A stretch of DNA of 64,000 nucleotides, taken from the IMG/VR virus record IMGVR_UViG_3300035070_002905, positions 1 through 64,000 of that record; one strand, 5' to 3'. A model generated the notes under the pieces. That model was not told the DNA's origin. It worked only from the letters and a program-made list of their open reading frames with translations, and did not search any database. Each line of letters begins with the position of its first letter. Position 1 is the stretch's first letter. The position numbers and the translations under genes are program-made. Positions 37,884-46,200 of the stretch are shown here, piece after piece. Source of the DNA: a virus.

Positions 37884-38767
37884 AAAAACTAGGTATTATT
37901 CTAACGATCGGCATTAGCAACTCAGGTAAGACTACGTTCACGCGTGAGTTCGTTAAAGAGAACCCTATGTACACGGACATCAACCGTGACGATATGCGCG
38001 TGGCATTCTTCTGCGGCGGCGATCAGAGCGAGTATGTCAACTATAAGTTCAGCCAGGGTCGTGAGCAGATGATTACTACGGTAGCTGAGGTACGTGCACG
38101 CTGTGCTATTACTAGCGGCCAGGGCGTGATCATTAGCGATACGAATCTTAACGCTACGACGCGTGATTTCTGGAAGGCATTCGCCGAGGAACATAACGTT
38201 CCTTACGAAGAGAAGATTTTCCCAGTAGATCTGCACGTGGCGCTGGCACGTAACCGCAAGCGTCCTATCACTCTACCGCCTCGCGTAATCCGCCAGCAGT
38301 ACGTAAACTTCCGTAAGTTCATGGGACTTCCGTTCTACGAGCCTAACGAATCTCTACCGGAGGCGGTGATCTGTGATCTAGACGGTACCTTCTGTATCCA
38401 TAATGGACGTACTCCGTTCGAGTATGATAAGGTCTCTACTGATCTACCCGATCAAGACGTCTGGTTCCTACTGGATAGTCTGCGTGATGCCGGTACCGAG
38501 ATCTTATTCTTTACCGGTCGTGAAGATAAAGACGATTGTCGTAAGGATACCTTAGACTGGCTGGCAGAGCGCGGCCATGCTCCTACGGTATTCGAGATGC
38601 GAGAAAGAGGCGACTCTCGACCGGACGTGCAGGTTAAGGAGGAGTTCCTTTGGAAGCATGCAGACGATTATAACATTACGCTGGCGCTGGACGATCGCAA
38701 TCAGGTGGTCGATCTATGGCGTACTCTAGGCATTAAGTGCTGGCAAGTTTCTGAGGGCGATTTCTAA
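37880..38767 (+). CDS. pseT: polynucleotide 5'-kinase/3'-phosphatase (T4 PseT-like)
   Basis: GISNSGKTT, NRDD, SDTN; HAD motifs DLDGT, TGR, DDR; C-terminal GDF. Confidence 0.92.
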   Translation: MKKLGIILTIGISNSGKTTFTREFVKENPMYTDINRDDMRVAFFCGGDQSEYVNYKFSQGREQMITTVAEVRARCAITSGQGVIISDTNLNATTRDFWKAFAEEHNVPYEEKIFPVDLHVALARNRKRPITLPPRVIRQQYVNFRKFMGLPFYEPNESLPEAVICDLDGTFCIHNGRTPFEYDKVSTDLPDQDVWFLLDSLRDAGTEILFFTGREDKDDCRKDTLDWLAERGHAPTVFEMRERGDSRPDVQVKEEFLWKHADDYNITLALDDRNQVVDLWRTLGIKCWQVSEGDF

Positions 38768-38974
38768 ATGAGCGCGATACGCAGAGTTTTAGCAGAGAAG
38801 AAGTTGGCCCAGAAGGATTGCTGGGCTATGGGAGAGGCCCAGGACGGGGTTAACGAGGAGCTGTACGCCCCTCATTGGCATAACGAGACTGAGCCTTCGG
38901 ATTTCGAAAAGGCTCGCGCGTATGAAAAGCTTGTGGAGAAAATGAATGACATACGATTTGGAGATCGCAATTGA
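38768..38974 (+). CDS. hypothetical protein
   Basis: Packed ORF. Confidence 0.55.
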   Translation: MSAIRRVLAEKKLAQKDCWAMGEAQDGVNEELYAPHWHNETEPSDFEKARAYEKLVEKMNDIRFGDRN

Positions 38975-39488
38975 GGAGATAACTCTTCTATGCGAGATTG
39001 AATACGAGCGCCTGAATAAGCTCCCTAGGAAGACTCGATACCGTCCTCGTGGTACTAAGCCGGGAGATATACGCAATGATATCTTAGAGCAGTTCATAGA
39101 GCTTCTCGAGGATCTGTACTTCGAGGAGTTCGAGGACGAGCTCCCTGGGTACAATCGCATCGATAACTTCTCGTCTGTCTGGATGCCCCGCCTATGGGAT
39201 ATCTGCGAGGGTGGATGGGATCAGATGCACCCTAAGTATCTAACACCTGGTATCTGCTGCTGGGTGTTGACCATGAAGGAGAAGGGTAGGTCCTGGTACT
39301 GGATTGTAAATGAAATCTACGAGTGGGAAGCAGAACACCACTGGAACCTTAACGTTACTAAGAGGAAAGAAAATGTCAAGAACATGGCTAATGAGCGACC
39401 CGCACATCGAACATCAACGGATCGGCGTCTTCCGAGATATTCCCGAGGAGTATCTCGAGGCCGCGGACGGGGACGCGGTACTCGCTAA
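38946..39488 (+). CDS. hypothetical protein
   Basis: GGAG RBS; overlaps next gene. Confidence 0.55.
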   Translation: MTYDLEIAIEEITLLCEIEYERLNKLPRKTRYRPRGTKPGDIRNDILEQFIELLEDLYFEEFEDELPGYNRIDNFSSVWMPRLWDICEGGWDQMHPKYLTPGICCWVLTMKEKGRSWYWIVNEIYEWEAEHHWNLNVTKRKENVKNMANERPAHRTSTDRRLPRYSRGVSRGRGRGRGTR

Positions 39489-39945
39489 CACACTACATAT
39501 TCGAGCGGATGTATGCCGCTTCGTTCGTCCACGTGATAAGCTACTTATCCTAGGCGATTCTACCTGGTCCGAGAAGGGGATCCTAGAGATCGCCTCTTGG
39601 CCTGGCGATAAGGAGAACTTCGGCGGTAACCACGATGATCTACACGCCGAGATCTACCTTCAAGCCTTCAGCAATATCCGTGGCTGTAAGAAACTCCGTA
39701 AGGGTCGTGGCTGGGCGAGTCACTTCCCGGTACACGAGCAGGAGCTACGCGGCCACTTCTGTAACCACGGGCATGTACATAGCGCTACCATTCCGGACTG
39801 GCGTTATGTTAACCTGTGCTGTGACAACCTGTATAAGGAGACGGGATTCAACCTGATCTCCCTGGAAGATCTTGACGCCACGCACGCACACCGTCGTGAG
39901 CATAAGGATACTCGAATCATTCTAGCACCGAGGAAGGCGAGTTAA
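39373..39945 (+). CDS. calcineurin-like metallophosphoesterase
   Basis: SDPH, LGD, GNHD, SHFP, HGHVH; start MSRTW. Confidence 0.85.
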   Translation: MSRTWLMSDPHIEHQRIGVFRDIPEEYLEAADGDAVLANTLHIRADVCRFVRPRDKLLILGDSTWSEKGILEIASWPGDKENFGGNHDDLHAEIYLQAFSNIRGCKKLRKGRGWASHFPVHEQELRGHFCNHGHVHSATIPDWRYVNLCCDNLYKETGFNLISLEDLDATHAHRREHKDTRIILAPRKAS

Positions 39946-39955
39946 CCAGCTAGTC

Positions 39956-40237
39956 TGCTACAATTATACAAAATGATACAGGAATGATACAGCCTAAAGC
40001 CTTGATTCTAAAGGGTTTACTGCTATTTGTAGCAATGTAGCAAAATAATCGGTAACTATACACATACTAATAGAGAGAGACATATAAGTTTTGCTAAAGT
40101 CTCTTATTAAATTATTATAAAGTATATACCAATATATTATGCTACAATGCTACATAGGGTGCTCAGGCCAGGTGGGATAAGGGCTGAGGCTGTATCATAC
40201 CCCTGCTACACGTTTGCTACAAATGATACAAGGAATG
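39956..40237. repeat. putative replication origin: 11 TG(C/A)TACA heptamers in dyad symmetry around an AT-rich core
   Basis: Largest ORF-free gap on the + arm; inverted repeats centred at 40091. Confidence 0.65.
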
Positions 40238-40241
40238 TGAC

Positions 40242-40661
40242 ATGAAAGAATTTATACTGGACGGTATAGAAGAGATCCGAGATATTACCAGTGAACTACA
40301 CGCTAAGTACTTGGAGTATATCTCGGGAGAGGATCCTATCTGCGAACGCTTCTACGTCTTCCGCGCTGCTCCAGAAGACTGGAAGGAGCACGGCGGCTAT
40401 CTCCGTACCGGTGATGGAATACCTGGATGGGATCATAGGAATATGGACTGGGAGCGCTATCGTAATATCGACTGGGAGTGGATCATCGAGAATATGGCAG
40501 AGAGTAGCGGCAGTGGAGTAGACTGGGATTCTATTCCAGACGATCTCCAGGATAAAGACTGGCTGTACTCGGCTCTGCAGAGATTCCCAGATAGTTTCTT
40601 TGCGCAGGGCGTCGACGCCGTCCTTCAGAAGAACTTAGGCTCATACAAATACGACTGGTGA
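40242..40661 (+). CDS. hypothetical protein
   Basis: AAGGA RBS. Confidence 0.65.
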   Translation: MKEFILDGIEEIRDITSELHAKYLEYISGEDPICERFYVFRAAPEDWKEHGGYLRTGDGIPGWDHRNMDWERYRNIDWEWIIENMAESSGSGVDWDSIPDDLQDKDWLYSALQRFPDSFFAQGVDAVLQKNLGSYKYDW

Positions 40662-40665
40662 TTTA

Positions 40666-41229
40666 ATGGCAAAGCTACACTACCACTACAGTGCAATGAA
40701 TGCAGGTAAGTCTTCGCACCTACTACAGGCTGCGTTTAACTACCAGGAGCGCGGCATGAAGGTCGCTCTATTTAACTTCCAAGGAGATACTCGTTTCGGA
40801 GAGGGCGTAATCGCCAGCCGTATCGGTCTGCAAATGCCGGCCGTACCGTTTAACGCCGAGACTGAATTCCTCGAGGAGATCTATAAGTTCGAAGACGTAG
40901 ACTGCATCTTCGTCGACGAGGCGCAGTTCCTGACGAAGGTTCAGGTAGAGTCCCTGACGAACCTAGTAGACCGTTACGATATTCCGGTAATGGCATACGG
41001 ACTTCGTACCGACTTCCTACTGGAACCATTCGAAGGCTCTAAGTATCTATTGGCCTGGGCCGATGAGATCAACGAGATTCCGTCTATCTGTACCTGCGGT
41101 CGTAAGGCCCGTGCAGTAGTTCGTATGGATGACGGTCGCGCGGTGACCTCTGGAGATCAGGTGGTCATCGGAGATTCGAACTACGTGAGTCTATGTCGTC
41201 GCTGCTATAAGGAGGCTATCAATGAGTAG
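40666..41229 (+). CDS. tdk: thymidine kinase
   Basis: SAMNAGKS, SRIG, VDEAQFL, YGLRTDF, CTCG, YVSLCRRC. Confidence 0.97.
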   Translation: MAKLHYHYSAMNAGKSSHLLQAAFNYQERGMKVALFNFQGDTRFGEGVIASRIGLQMPAVPFNAETEFLEEIYKFEDVDCIFVDEAQFLTKVQVESLTNLVDRYDIPVMAYGLRTDFLLEPFEGSKYLLAWADEINEIPSICTCGRKARAVVRMDDGRAVTSGDQVVIGDSNYVSLCRRCYKEAINE

Positions 41230-41338
41230 TCACAGACGTCGCCTACGCCTCTCTGCGAGGCGTTAGTACGTCCAGGGAACACTTAGGCGACATATCTTAA
41301 TAACCTCTCACAGGGCTACACAGCTCGTAGGATACAGC

Positions 41339-41701
41339 ATGAACATTACAATAGGTAACAAGGAAGTAGGTGAGGCCATTCGTCGATACATCAAATCGGA
41401 GACCGGCATGGATGCCGAGGGTGATATCGCCTGGGATATCGGCGGAGATCATCCCGGCGAGCCACGTATCATTGGCATCCATTCCGAGATCAGGATCGAC
41501 GTTAATGTGGATATAAAAAAGCCTGCGCCCGACTTGAGTAAACCCACACCTCGTAAAATAAATGATCTAGGGGATATCTTTAGGGATAGAGCCATCGAGC
41601 GAGGTCTACCATACCAAGAGCCACAGCCTCGGTGGCAGCACCCTCACTACCAACCGCACACGATATTATGTAAGGGACAACATGTGGATACCAAGGCATA
41701 G
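41339..41701 (+). CDS. hypothetical protein
   Basis: AGGA RBS. Confidence 0.6.
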   Translation: MNITIGNKEVGEAIRRYIKSETGMDAEGDIAWDIGGDHPGEPRIIGIHSEIRIDVNVDIKKPAPDLSKPTPRKINDLGDIFRDRAIERGLPYQEPQPRWQHPHYQPHTILCKGQHVDTKA

Positions 41702-41930
41702 CTACGCTTTAATTCAGGAAGATCCTCCTAAGCGTATCAGCAACATCATCGAAGCAACTATACACGAAGTTCCCTCTGACGAGGGTACTGTCATTCACGG
41801 CGGCGACACCGACCTAGAGATAGGTCAACGTGTTAAATTTAAACGTCATTTCACTACTACTGATATCGACGGCCAACTACTAATTAACGACAAGGATATA
41901 ATCGCATGCTTAGCGCCTACCAAGTCTTAG
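41682..41930 (+). CDS. GroES-like co-chaperonin (tentative)
   Basis: P...[26 protein letters not shown]; 82 aa. Confidence 0.5.
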   Translation: MWIPRHSYALIQEDPPKRISNIIEATIHEVPSDEGTVIHGGDTDLEIGQRVKFKRHFTTTDIDGQLLINDKDIIACLAPTKS

Positions 41931-42274
41931 ATGCACACGAAGAAGATATGATCGGTTCAATCTGGATCGTAGAAGACGGGACAGCGCGATGCGTTGCCGG
42001 TCGTAAGGATATGGAAGGCCTAGTAGTAGAAGAGTCTGATCTTCTATTCCTAGAGAGCCGACCTGTAGAAGTAAAGACCTGCCCTAAAGTAGAAGGCGGT
42101 CAACACCTCAATGTGAACGTACTGGATCGAGAGACGCTGATGGACGCAGCTGAGAATCCCGAGAAGTACCCTCAGTTAACCATCCGAGTCTCTGGATATG
42201 CAGTGCGTTTTAACTCACTGACTAAGGAGCAACAACAGGATGTCATCAACCGGACCTTCACAGAAGCAGTCTAA
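41906..42274 (+). CDS. grcA: autonomous glycyl radical cofactor
   Basis: [42 protein letters not shown]. Confidence 0.92.
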   Translation: MLSAYQVLDAHEEDMIGSIWIVEDGTARCVAGRKDMEGLVVEESDLLFLESRPVEVKTCPKVEGGQHLNVNVLDRETLMDAAENPEKYPQLTIRVSGYAVRFNSLTKEQQQDVINRTFTEAV

Positions 42275-42386
42275 TCCGGTAGCTAAGTACGCCCGTGACT
42301 TTAACGTCGCGGCCGTACACCGGGACCGTAAGAAAGATAATCGTAAAGGTTATCGCAAACACAAAGGCTCCTACGGGGGCCTTTAA
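42240..42386 (+). CDS. small basic protein (NPVAK...RDRKK...GYRKHK), ArfA-like candidate
   Basis: AAGGAG RBS; 48 aa; below the ORF-track size cutoff. Confidence 0.5.
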   Translation: MSSTGPSQKQSNPVAKYARDFNVAAVHRDRKKDNRKGYRKHKGSYGGL

Positions 42387-42393
42387 TTTTTTT
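42363..42393 (+). terminator. rho-independent terminator
   Basis: AAAGGCTCC-TACG-GGGGCCTTT-AATTTTTTT. Confidence 0.8.
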
Positions 42394-42416
42394 AGCTCAA
42401 CTTAAGTCCTAAAAAT

Positions 42417-42438
42417 TGTTATAAGTAATATGTAAGGA
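42417..42438 (+). promoter_or_regulatory. putative promoter motif A
   Basis: TGTTATAAGTAATATGTAAGGA. Confidence 0.7.
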
Positions 42439-42472
42439 TGTATATTATTTGTCGTAATTAAAGGATATTATT

Positions 42473-43105
42473 ATGAAAAAGCTAATAGCGTTGTTATTTG
42501 TACTTATACTTTCAGGCTGTGCTAATGGAATACCTACTATGAGTTATTCTAGTACTACGCCGGAAGCCCTTGAGAATACTGAAAAACTATTCGTCGGAGT
42601 CCCCGTACTGCTAAGTATGGAAGGTTCTTCTGCACGTCTTAATGAGGACTGGATCGTCACCGTTAAGCACAACTCGCTAATCATGGGTCTACAAGGAGTA
42701 GAATCCTACGAACACCCTACGTGTGATATAGCATTGATTAAATCTAAAGGAGATAACGTAGTACCTACAGGTAAGTTGTATTCAAACGATAAGGTAGTCC
42801 ATGTCGGCTATCCCGTTGGAATGCCCCTGTCTGTGAATGAAGGAGTTTACCTAGGAGATACCTCCGTTCGAGGTTGGGGTGAATGTTCTTACTCTGCTAC
42901 TACCGGAGTCGTAATGAGCGGTATGAGTGGAGGTGGCGTGTATAACGCCGCAGGAGAATTAGTAGGAGTAAACCATGGGTTTGCTACGGGTGAGCTAGTC
43001 TGGCCCGACGGACGCACGGCAGATTCGCCAGCAGTATTCCTATCGCTATTCGCGGTAGAGGATTGGATCGAAGAAGTAACAGGTTTAAAGTTGTATGCTA
43101 ATTAA
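42473..43105 (+). CDS. lipoprotein trypsin-like serine protease
   Basis: Lipobox LSGC; TVKH, DIAL, GMSGGG catalytic triad. Confidence 0.85.
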   Translation: MKKLIALLFVLILSGCANGIPTMSYSSTTPEALENTEKLFVGVPVLLSMEGSSARLNEDWIVTVKHNSLIMGLQGVESYEHPTCDIALIKSKGDNVVPTGKLYSNDKVVHVGYPVGMPLSVNEGVYLGDTSVRGWGECSYSATTGVVMSGMSGGGVYNAAGELVGVNHGFATGELVWPDGRTADSPAVFLSLFAVEDWIEEVTGLKLYAN

Positions 43106-43153
43106 TAACAGAGGGCATTTTCGAGTGTCCTCGATTATTAACTAGGAGATACC

Positions 43154-43579
43154 ATGAGACTACTATTATTATTAATGTCGTTCAGCCTACAGGCGCATCC
43201 ATTAGATGAGCTTGTAGATATATTCGACGAGCTACAGTACGATACCGTAGAGCAGTGCCAGGAGATTATCGATACCAATCCGGTAGCAGTCCCCGAGTCA
43301 CCGCAATGCCAGTACCTAGCAGAGAAGGGTGCGCGAGTCATCGAGGTCATCGCCCTGAGCATGGCCGCCGAGGGGATCCCTGTACATAAAGATAATCGTC
43401 GCGAGCTAATCACTCCGGCGATATTGGAGGTAGGTCTATTCGATGCTACCGTAGTAATAGCTGATGCCATGGACGTCTCGGACGCCTCTGTGTACATCGG
43501 CAAGAATCACCCAGAGATGGTTGAAAAGTATATTCGTCCAGAGATGGTCGACACGTTAACTAAAGCAGGTTTATTATGA
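43154..43579 (+). CDS. secreted hypothetical protein
   Basis: Signal peptide ending LQA; AGGAG RBS. Confidence 0.65.
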   Translation: MRLLLLLMSFSLQAHPLDELVDIFDELQYDTVEQCQEIIDTNPVAVPESPQCQYLAEKGARVIEVIALSMAAEGIPVHKDNRRELITPAILEVGLFDATVVIADAMDVSDASVYIGKNHPEMVEKYIRPEMVDTLTKAGLL

Positions 43580-44229
43580 AACACTATTATGAATTTTTAT
43601 TAGAACTACCCGTACACCTACTGTCAGATTCATACGAGTACATTAAACGCTCGGATGCCGCTCATAACGAGGAGCATATCCGTGCCGTTGTACGTGCTGC
43701 AGATGATCTGGCAGATCGTTCAGAACTACCCCCGTCTATCCGTCCGCATCTAATGGCGGCGGCGTTGATGCACGACCTAGGCTGTGCCATTCGCGGTGGT
43801 CGAGATATCCACGAGACTCTCTCGGCTCAGATCGCCTACGGCTTACTTAAGGATTGCGGCATGTACCTAGAGCCTAACATCGTTCTACCGGCCATCCGTA
43901 AGCACCGTGCAAGTTACACCGGTGAACGTACCGGTAAGATCGAGAAGATCCTCGCAGCGGCAGATCGTTGCGATACCCTAAACCTAGGCCTGCTGTTCTA
44001 CCGTTCGGCTGTATACGCTATGGATGCCTATGATGTCTGTGAGGATGTCGCAATCGCCCATAGCCATGAGCACATCGCTACTAAGTACAAGTCGACCGGC
44101 CGCGGCTGTCTACTGAATAACTGTATGATGATGGAGTTCTACCCAGAAGAATGCCGCGAGATTACTGCGCGCATGGAAACTATCACCGTCGAAGAAGTAC
44201 GTCAACTAGTTATGGAGTTTAAGAAATGA
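43576..44229 (+). CDS. HD-domain phosphohydrolase
   Basis: AHNEEH, LMHDLG, HE, KHRAS, ADR. Confidence 0.82.
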   Translation: MKHYYEFLLELPVHLLSDSYEYIKRSDAAHNEEHIRAVVRAADDLADRSELPPSIRPHLMAAALMHDLGCAIRGGRDIHETLSAQIAYGLLKDCGMYLEPNIVLPAIRKHRASYTGERTGKIEKILAAADRCDTLNLGLLFYRSAVYAMDAYDVCEDVAIAHSHEHIATKYKSTGRGCLLNNCMMMEFYPEECREITARMETITVEEVRQLVMEFKK

Positions 44230-44660
44230 GCTTAGTTACTAATACGCAAAACCTAGCAGTTACTACTAGCCGCAAGATCGCAGATACTTTCGGTAAGCAG
44301 CATAAGCACGTACTTCGCGATATCGAATCGTACCTAGGTATGAAAGATCTTATTCTAAGTCCAGACCTGGACCTAGATTTTTCCGTTAACATTCAAGAAC
44401 TTGAAGGCGGCAATGGACGAGGCAAGGAGTACATCCTATCTGAAAGTGCCTGCACGCTAGTCATTATGTCGTACACCGGACCTCGCGCGATGGACTTTAA
44501 GAAGTCGTACATCCGGGAGTTCAACCGTATGCGCGGCTACTTGACTGCACGAGATTCTGCTCTGGCAGATTATGATGAGGATCGTGAAGATCCTGGAGAT
44601 AAATACGAGTTCGCTCGCATCGATGGTTTCCACGGTGTATTGGAGGACTTAGGGTTATAA
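44226..44660 (+). CDS. Rha-family phage regulatory protein
   Basis: TSRKIADTFGKQHKHVLRDI; YTG..AMDFK..YI.EFNRM. Confidence 0.9.
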   Translation: MSLVTNTQNLAVTTSRKIADTFGKQHKHVLRDIESYLGMKDLILSPDLDLDFSVNIQELEGGNGRGKEYILSESACTLVIMSYTGPRAMDFKKSYIREFNRMRGYLTARDSALADYDEDREDPGDKYEFARIDGFHGVLEDLGL

Positions 44661-44747
44661 TTAAGGAGACATTATGAGACGTTCAACTAAACTACGTCAA
44701 CGTAAGCGCCTATGGGCGTTCTATCAAAACAAAAAGTAAGGTATCTT

Positions 44748-45320
44748 ATGTACAGCAAAGCGTTAACTGAAATGATGAAGGTGGCTACCGAGCACGGTCT
44801 AACGGCCGATACTCTAGTTATGACTGAAGAGATGTCTGGGGATTGGAAGAGTAAGGTAGGAGAGGCCCTTCCAGAGGACTTCGAAGGCCTGTCTCCAGAA
44901 ACCATGGGCATGCTTAAGATTATCATCCACCCTCTACCGGAGAATCATCTAGTTCTCCAGGAAAGTGAGTACGTCAAGGGCCAGGTAATCTGGGATGGCG
45001 AGAAGGCAGCCTACGCAGGTATCCCTAAGAATCCTACAGATCCTGTAGACGTTCTTAATGATATGATCTATGATAAGTTCGTCAGCTGTGCCAAGATGGA
45101 AGACGGCGAGCGAGTCGCCTTGATCGTCATCACTGAAGCCTGTAAGCCGGCCATGATGAAAGTCTGGGATAAGATCTACACTCCTTACGGCGGGTACCAG
45201 CTCCATATCGTACCTACTGAAGGCTACATCATCTCGTTCGCAGGCCAGAGTACCGATACTCTAGCGTTAATGGACATCTTGGATCCTGAAGTAGTGGAGG
45301 AACTATGCAAGCGTATATAG
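44748..45320 (+). CDS. hypothetical protein
   Basis: AAGG RBS before MYSKAL. Confidence 0.65.
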   Translation: MYSKALTEMMKVATEHGLTADTLVMTEEMSGDWKSKVGEALPEDFEGLSPETMGMLKIIIHPLPENHLVLQESEYVKGQVIWDGEKAAYAGIPKNPTDPVDVLNDMIYDKFVSCAKMEDGERVALIVITEACKPAMMKVWDKIYTPYGGYQLHIVPTEGYIISFAGQSTDTLALMDILDPEVVEELCKRI

Positions 45321-45700
45321 ACGGAAGACTAGAACACAGCTGGAGCTGGGTGTATTTCCATGCGGCTCTTAACGATCTGATGGATGAGATACAAGACGCT
45401 CAGTACGCCGCCGGCGAGATTGATCATACCGTTCCGGGAGACCTAGTCTCTGCCGACGTAGATCAGCAGGAGGCTCCCCTCGGAATCTCCCCTGTGAATA
45501 TCCCCAACCCAGATAAAGATGATCCGGGAGAGGAGGAATTCCTTAAAGCCACCCTCTACATGTGGGAGGACGGGAGTACCTCTCGGGGAGTCCAAGGGGA
45601 GTACAACCGACGTCGCGGCTTGATCATTCTAAACGATGACGAGCAGAAACATCACGACTATGCACGTAAGTGTATGGAGGAACGTAAGGGGTCTCTATGA
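45305..45700 (+). CDS. hypothetical protein
   Basis: GGAGG RBS. Confidence 0.65.
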   Translation: MQAYIDGRLEHSWSWVYFHAALNDLMDEIQDAQYAAGEIDHTVPGDLVSADVDQQEAPLGISPVNIPNPDKDDPGEEEFLKATLYMWEDGSTSRGVQGEYNRRRGLIILNDDEQKHHDYARKCMEERKGSL

Positions 45701-45915
45701 GTAAACTAGGCGCTGCTGGACATACATTCGATGTCCTTCAGGCCGGCTATGAAATCCATAAGTACCGAAAGGGTAAAATAGGTAAGAGGGCTCTAGCAGA
45801 GAATCTCTCTATTGTTGGAGCCGGAGTAGTCGGCGGTATATTTGGTGGTGTTATCGGAGGCCTTGCAGCGGGAGCTGCAGCTGGTCGTCTGGTAGACCAC
45901 CTCAAGAAGGCTTAG
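45697..45915 (+). CDS. small glycine-zipper membrane protein
   Basis: GAGVVGGIFGGVIGGLAAGAAAG. Confidence 0.6.
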   Translation: MSKLGAAGHTFDVLQAGYEIHKYRKGKIGKRALAENLSIVGAGVVGGIFGGVIGGLAAGAAAGRLVDHLKKA

Positions 45916-45942
45916 GCCTTCTTTTTCGCTTAAGGAAGAAAC

Positions 45943-46200
45943 ATGAACGAGCCAATCAACTCGTACGAAGGCTGGATGATTAATCCGGCGTACTTAACAC
46001 CAGCGCATATGGGTCAGTTCCGGCCTGCGTATAAGGAGAACAAGATGTCATTGAAAGAGAAGGCTCTACGAATCGCTAAGGGTAACGACGGCGAAGTCGA
46101 GAAGGGTGAAGCTAAGAAATTCCATAAGAATATGAAGGATATGAAAGATGACGGCAAACTTAACCGATCAGCGGAGCTTGCAGCTAAAGCGCGCAAGTGA
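45943..46200 (+). CDS. basic hypothetical protein (internal AAGGAG-ATG at 46045)
   Basis: Two RBS-ATG pairs in one frame. Confidence 0.55.
   Translation: MNEPINSYEGWMINPAYLTPAHMGQFRPAYKENKMSLKEKALRIAKGNDGEVEKGEAKKFHKNMKDMKDDGKLNRSAELAAKARK

Noticed and set aside
39956-40237. CRISPR array or MITE
   Set aside because: Repeats are 7-mers in both orientations without regular spacers; no target-site duplication or cas/transposase genes
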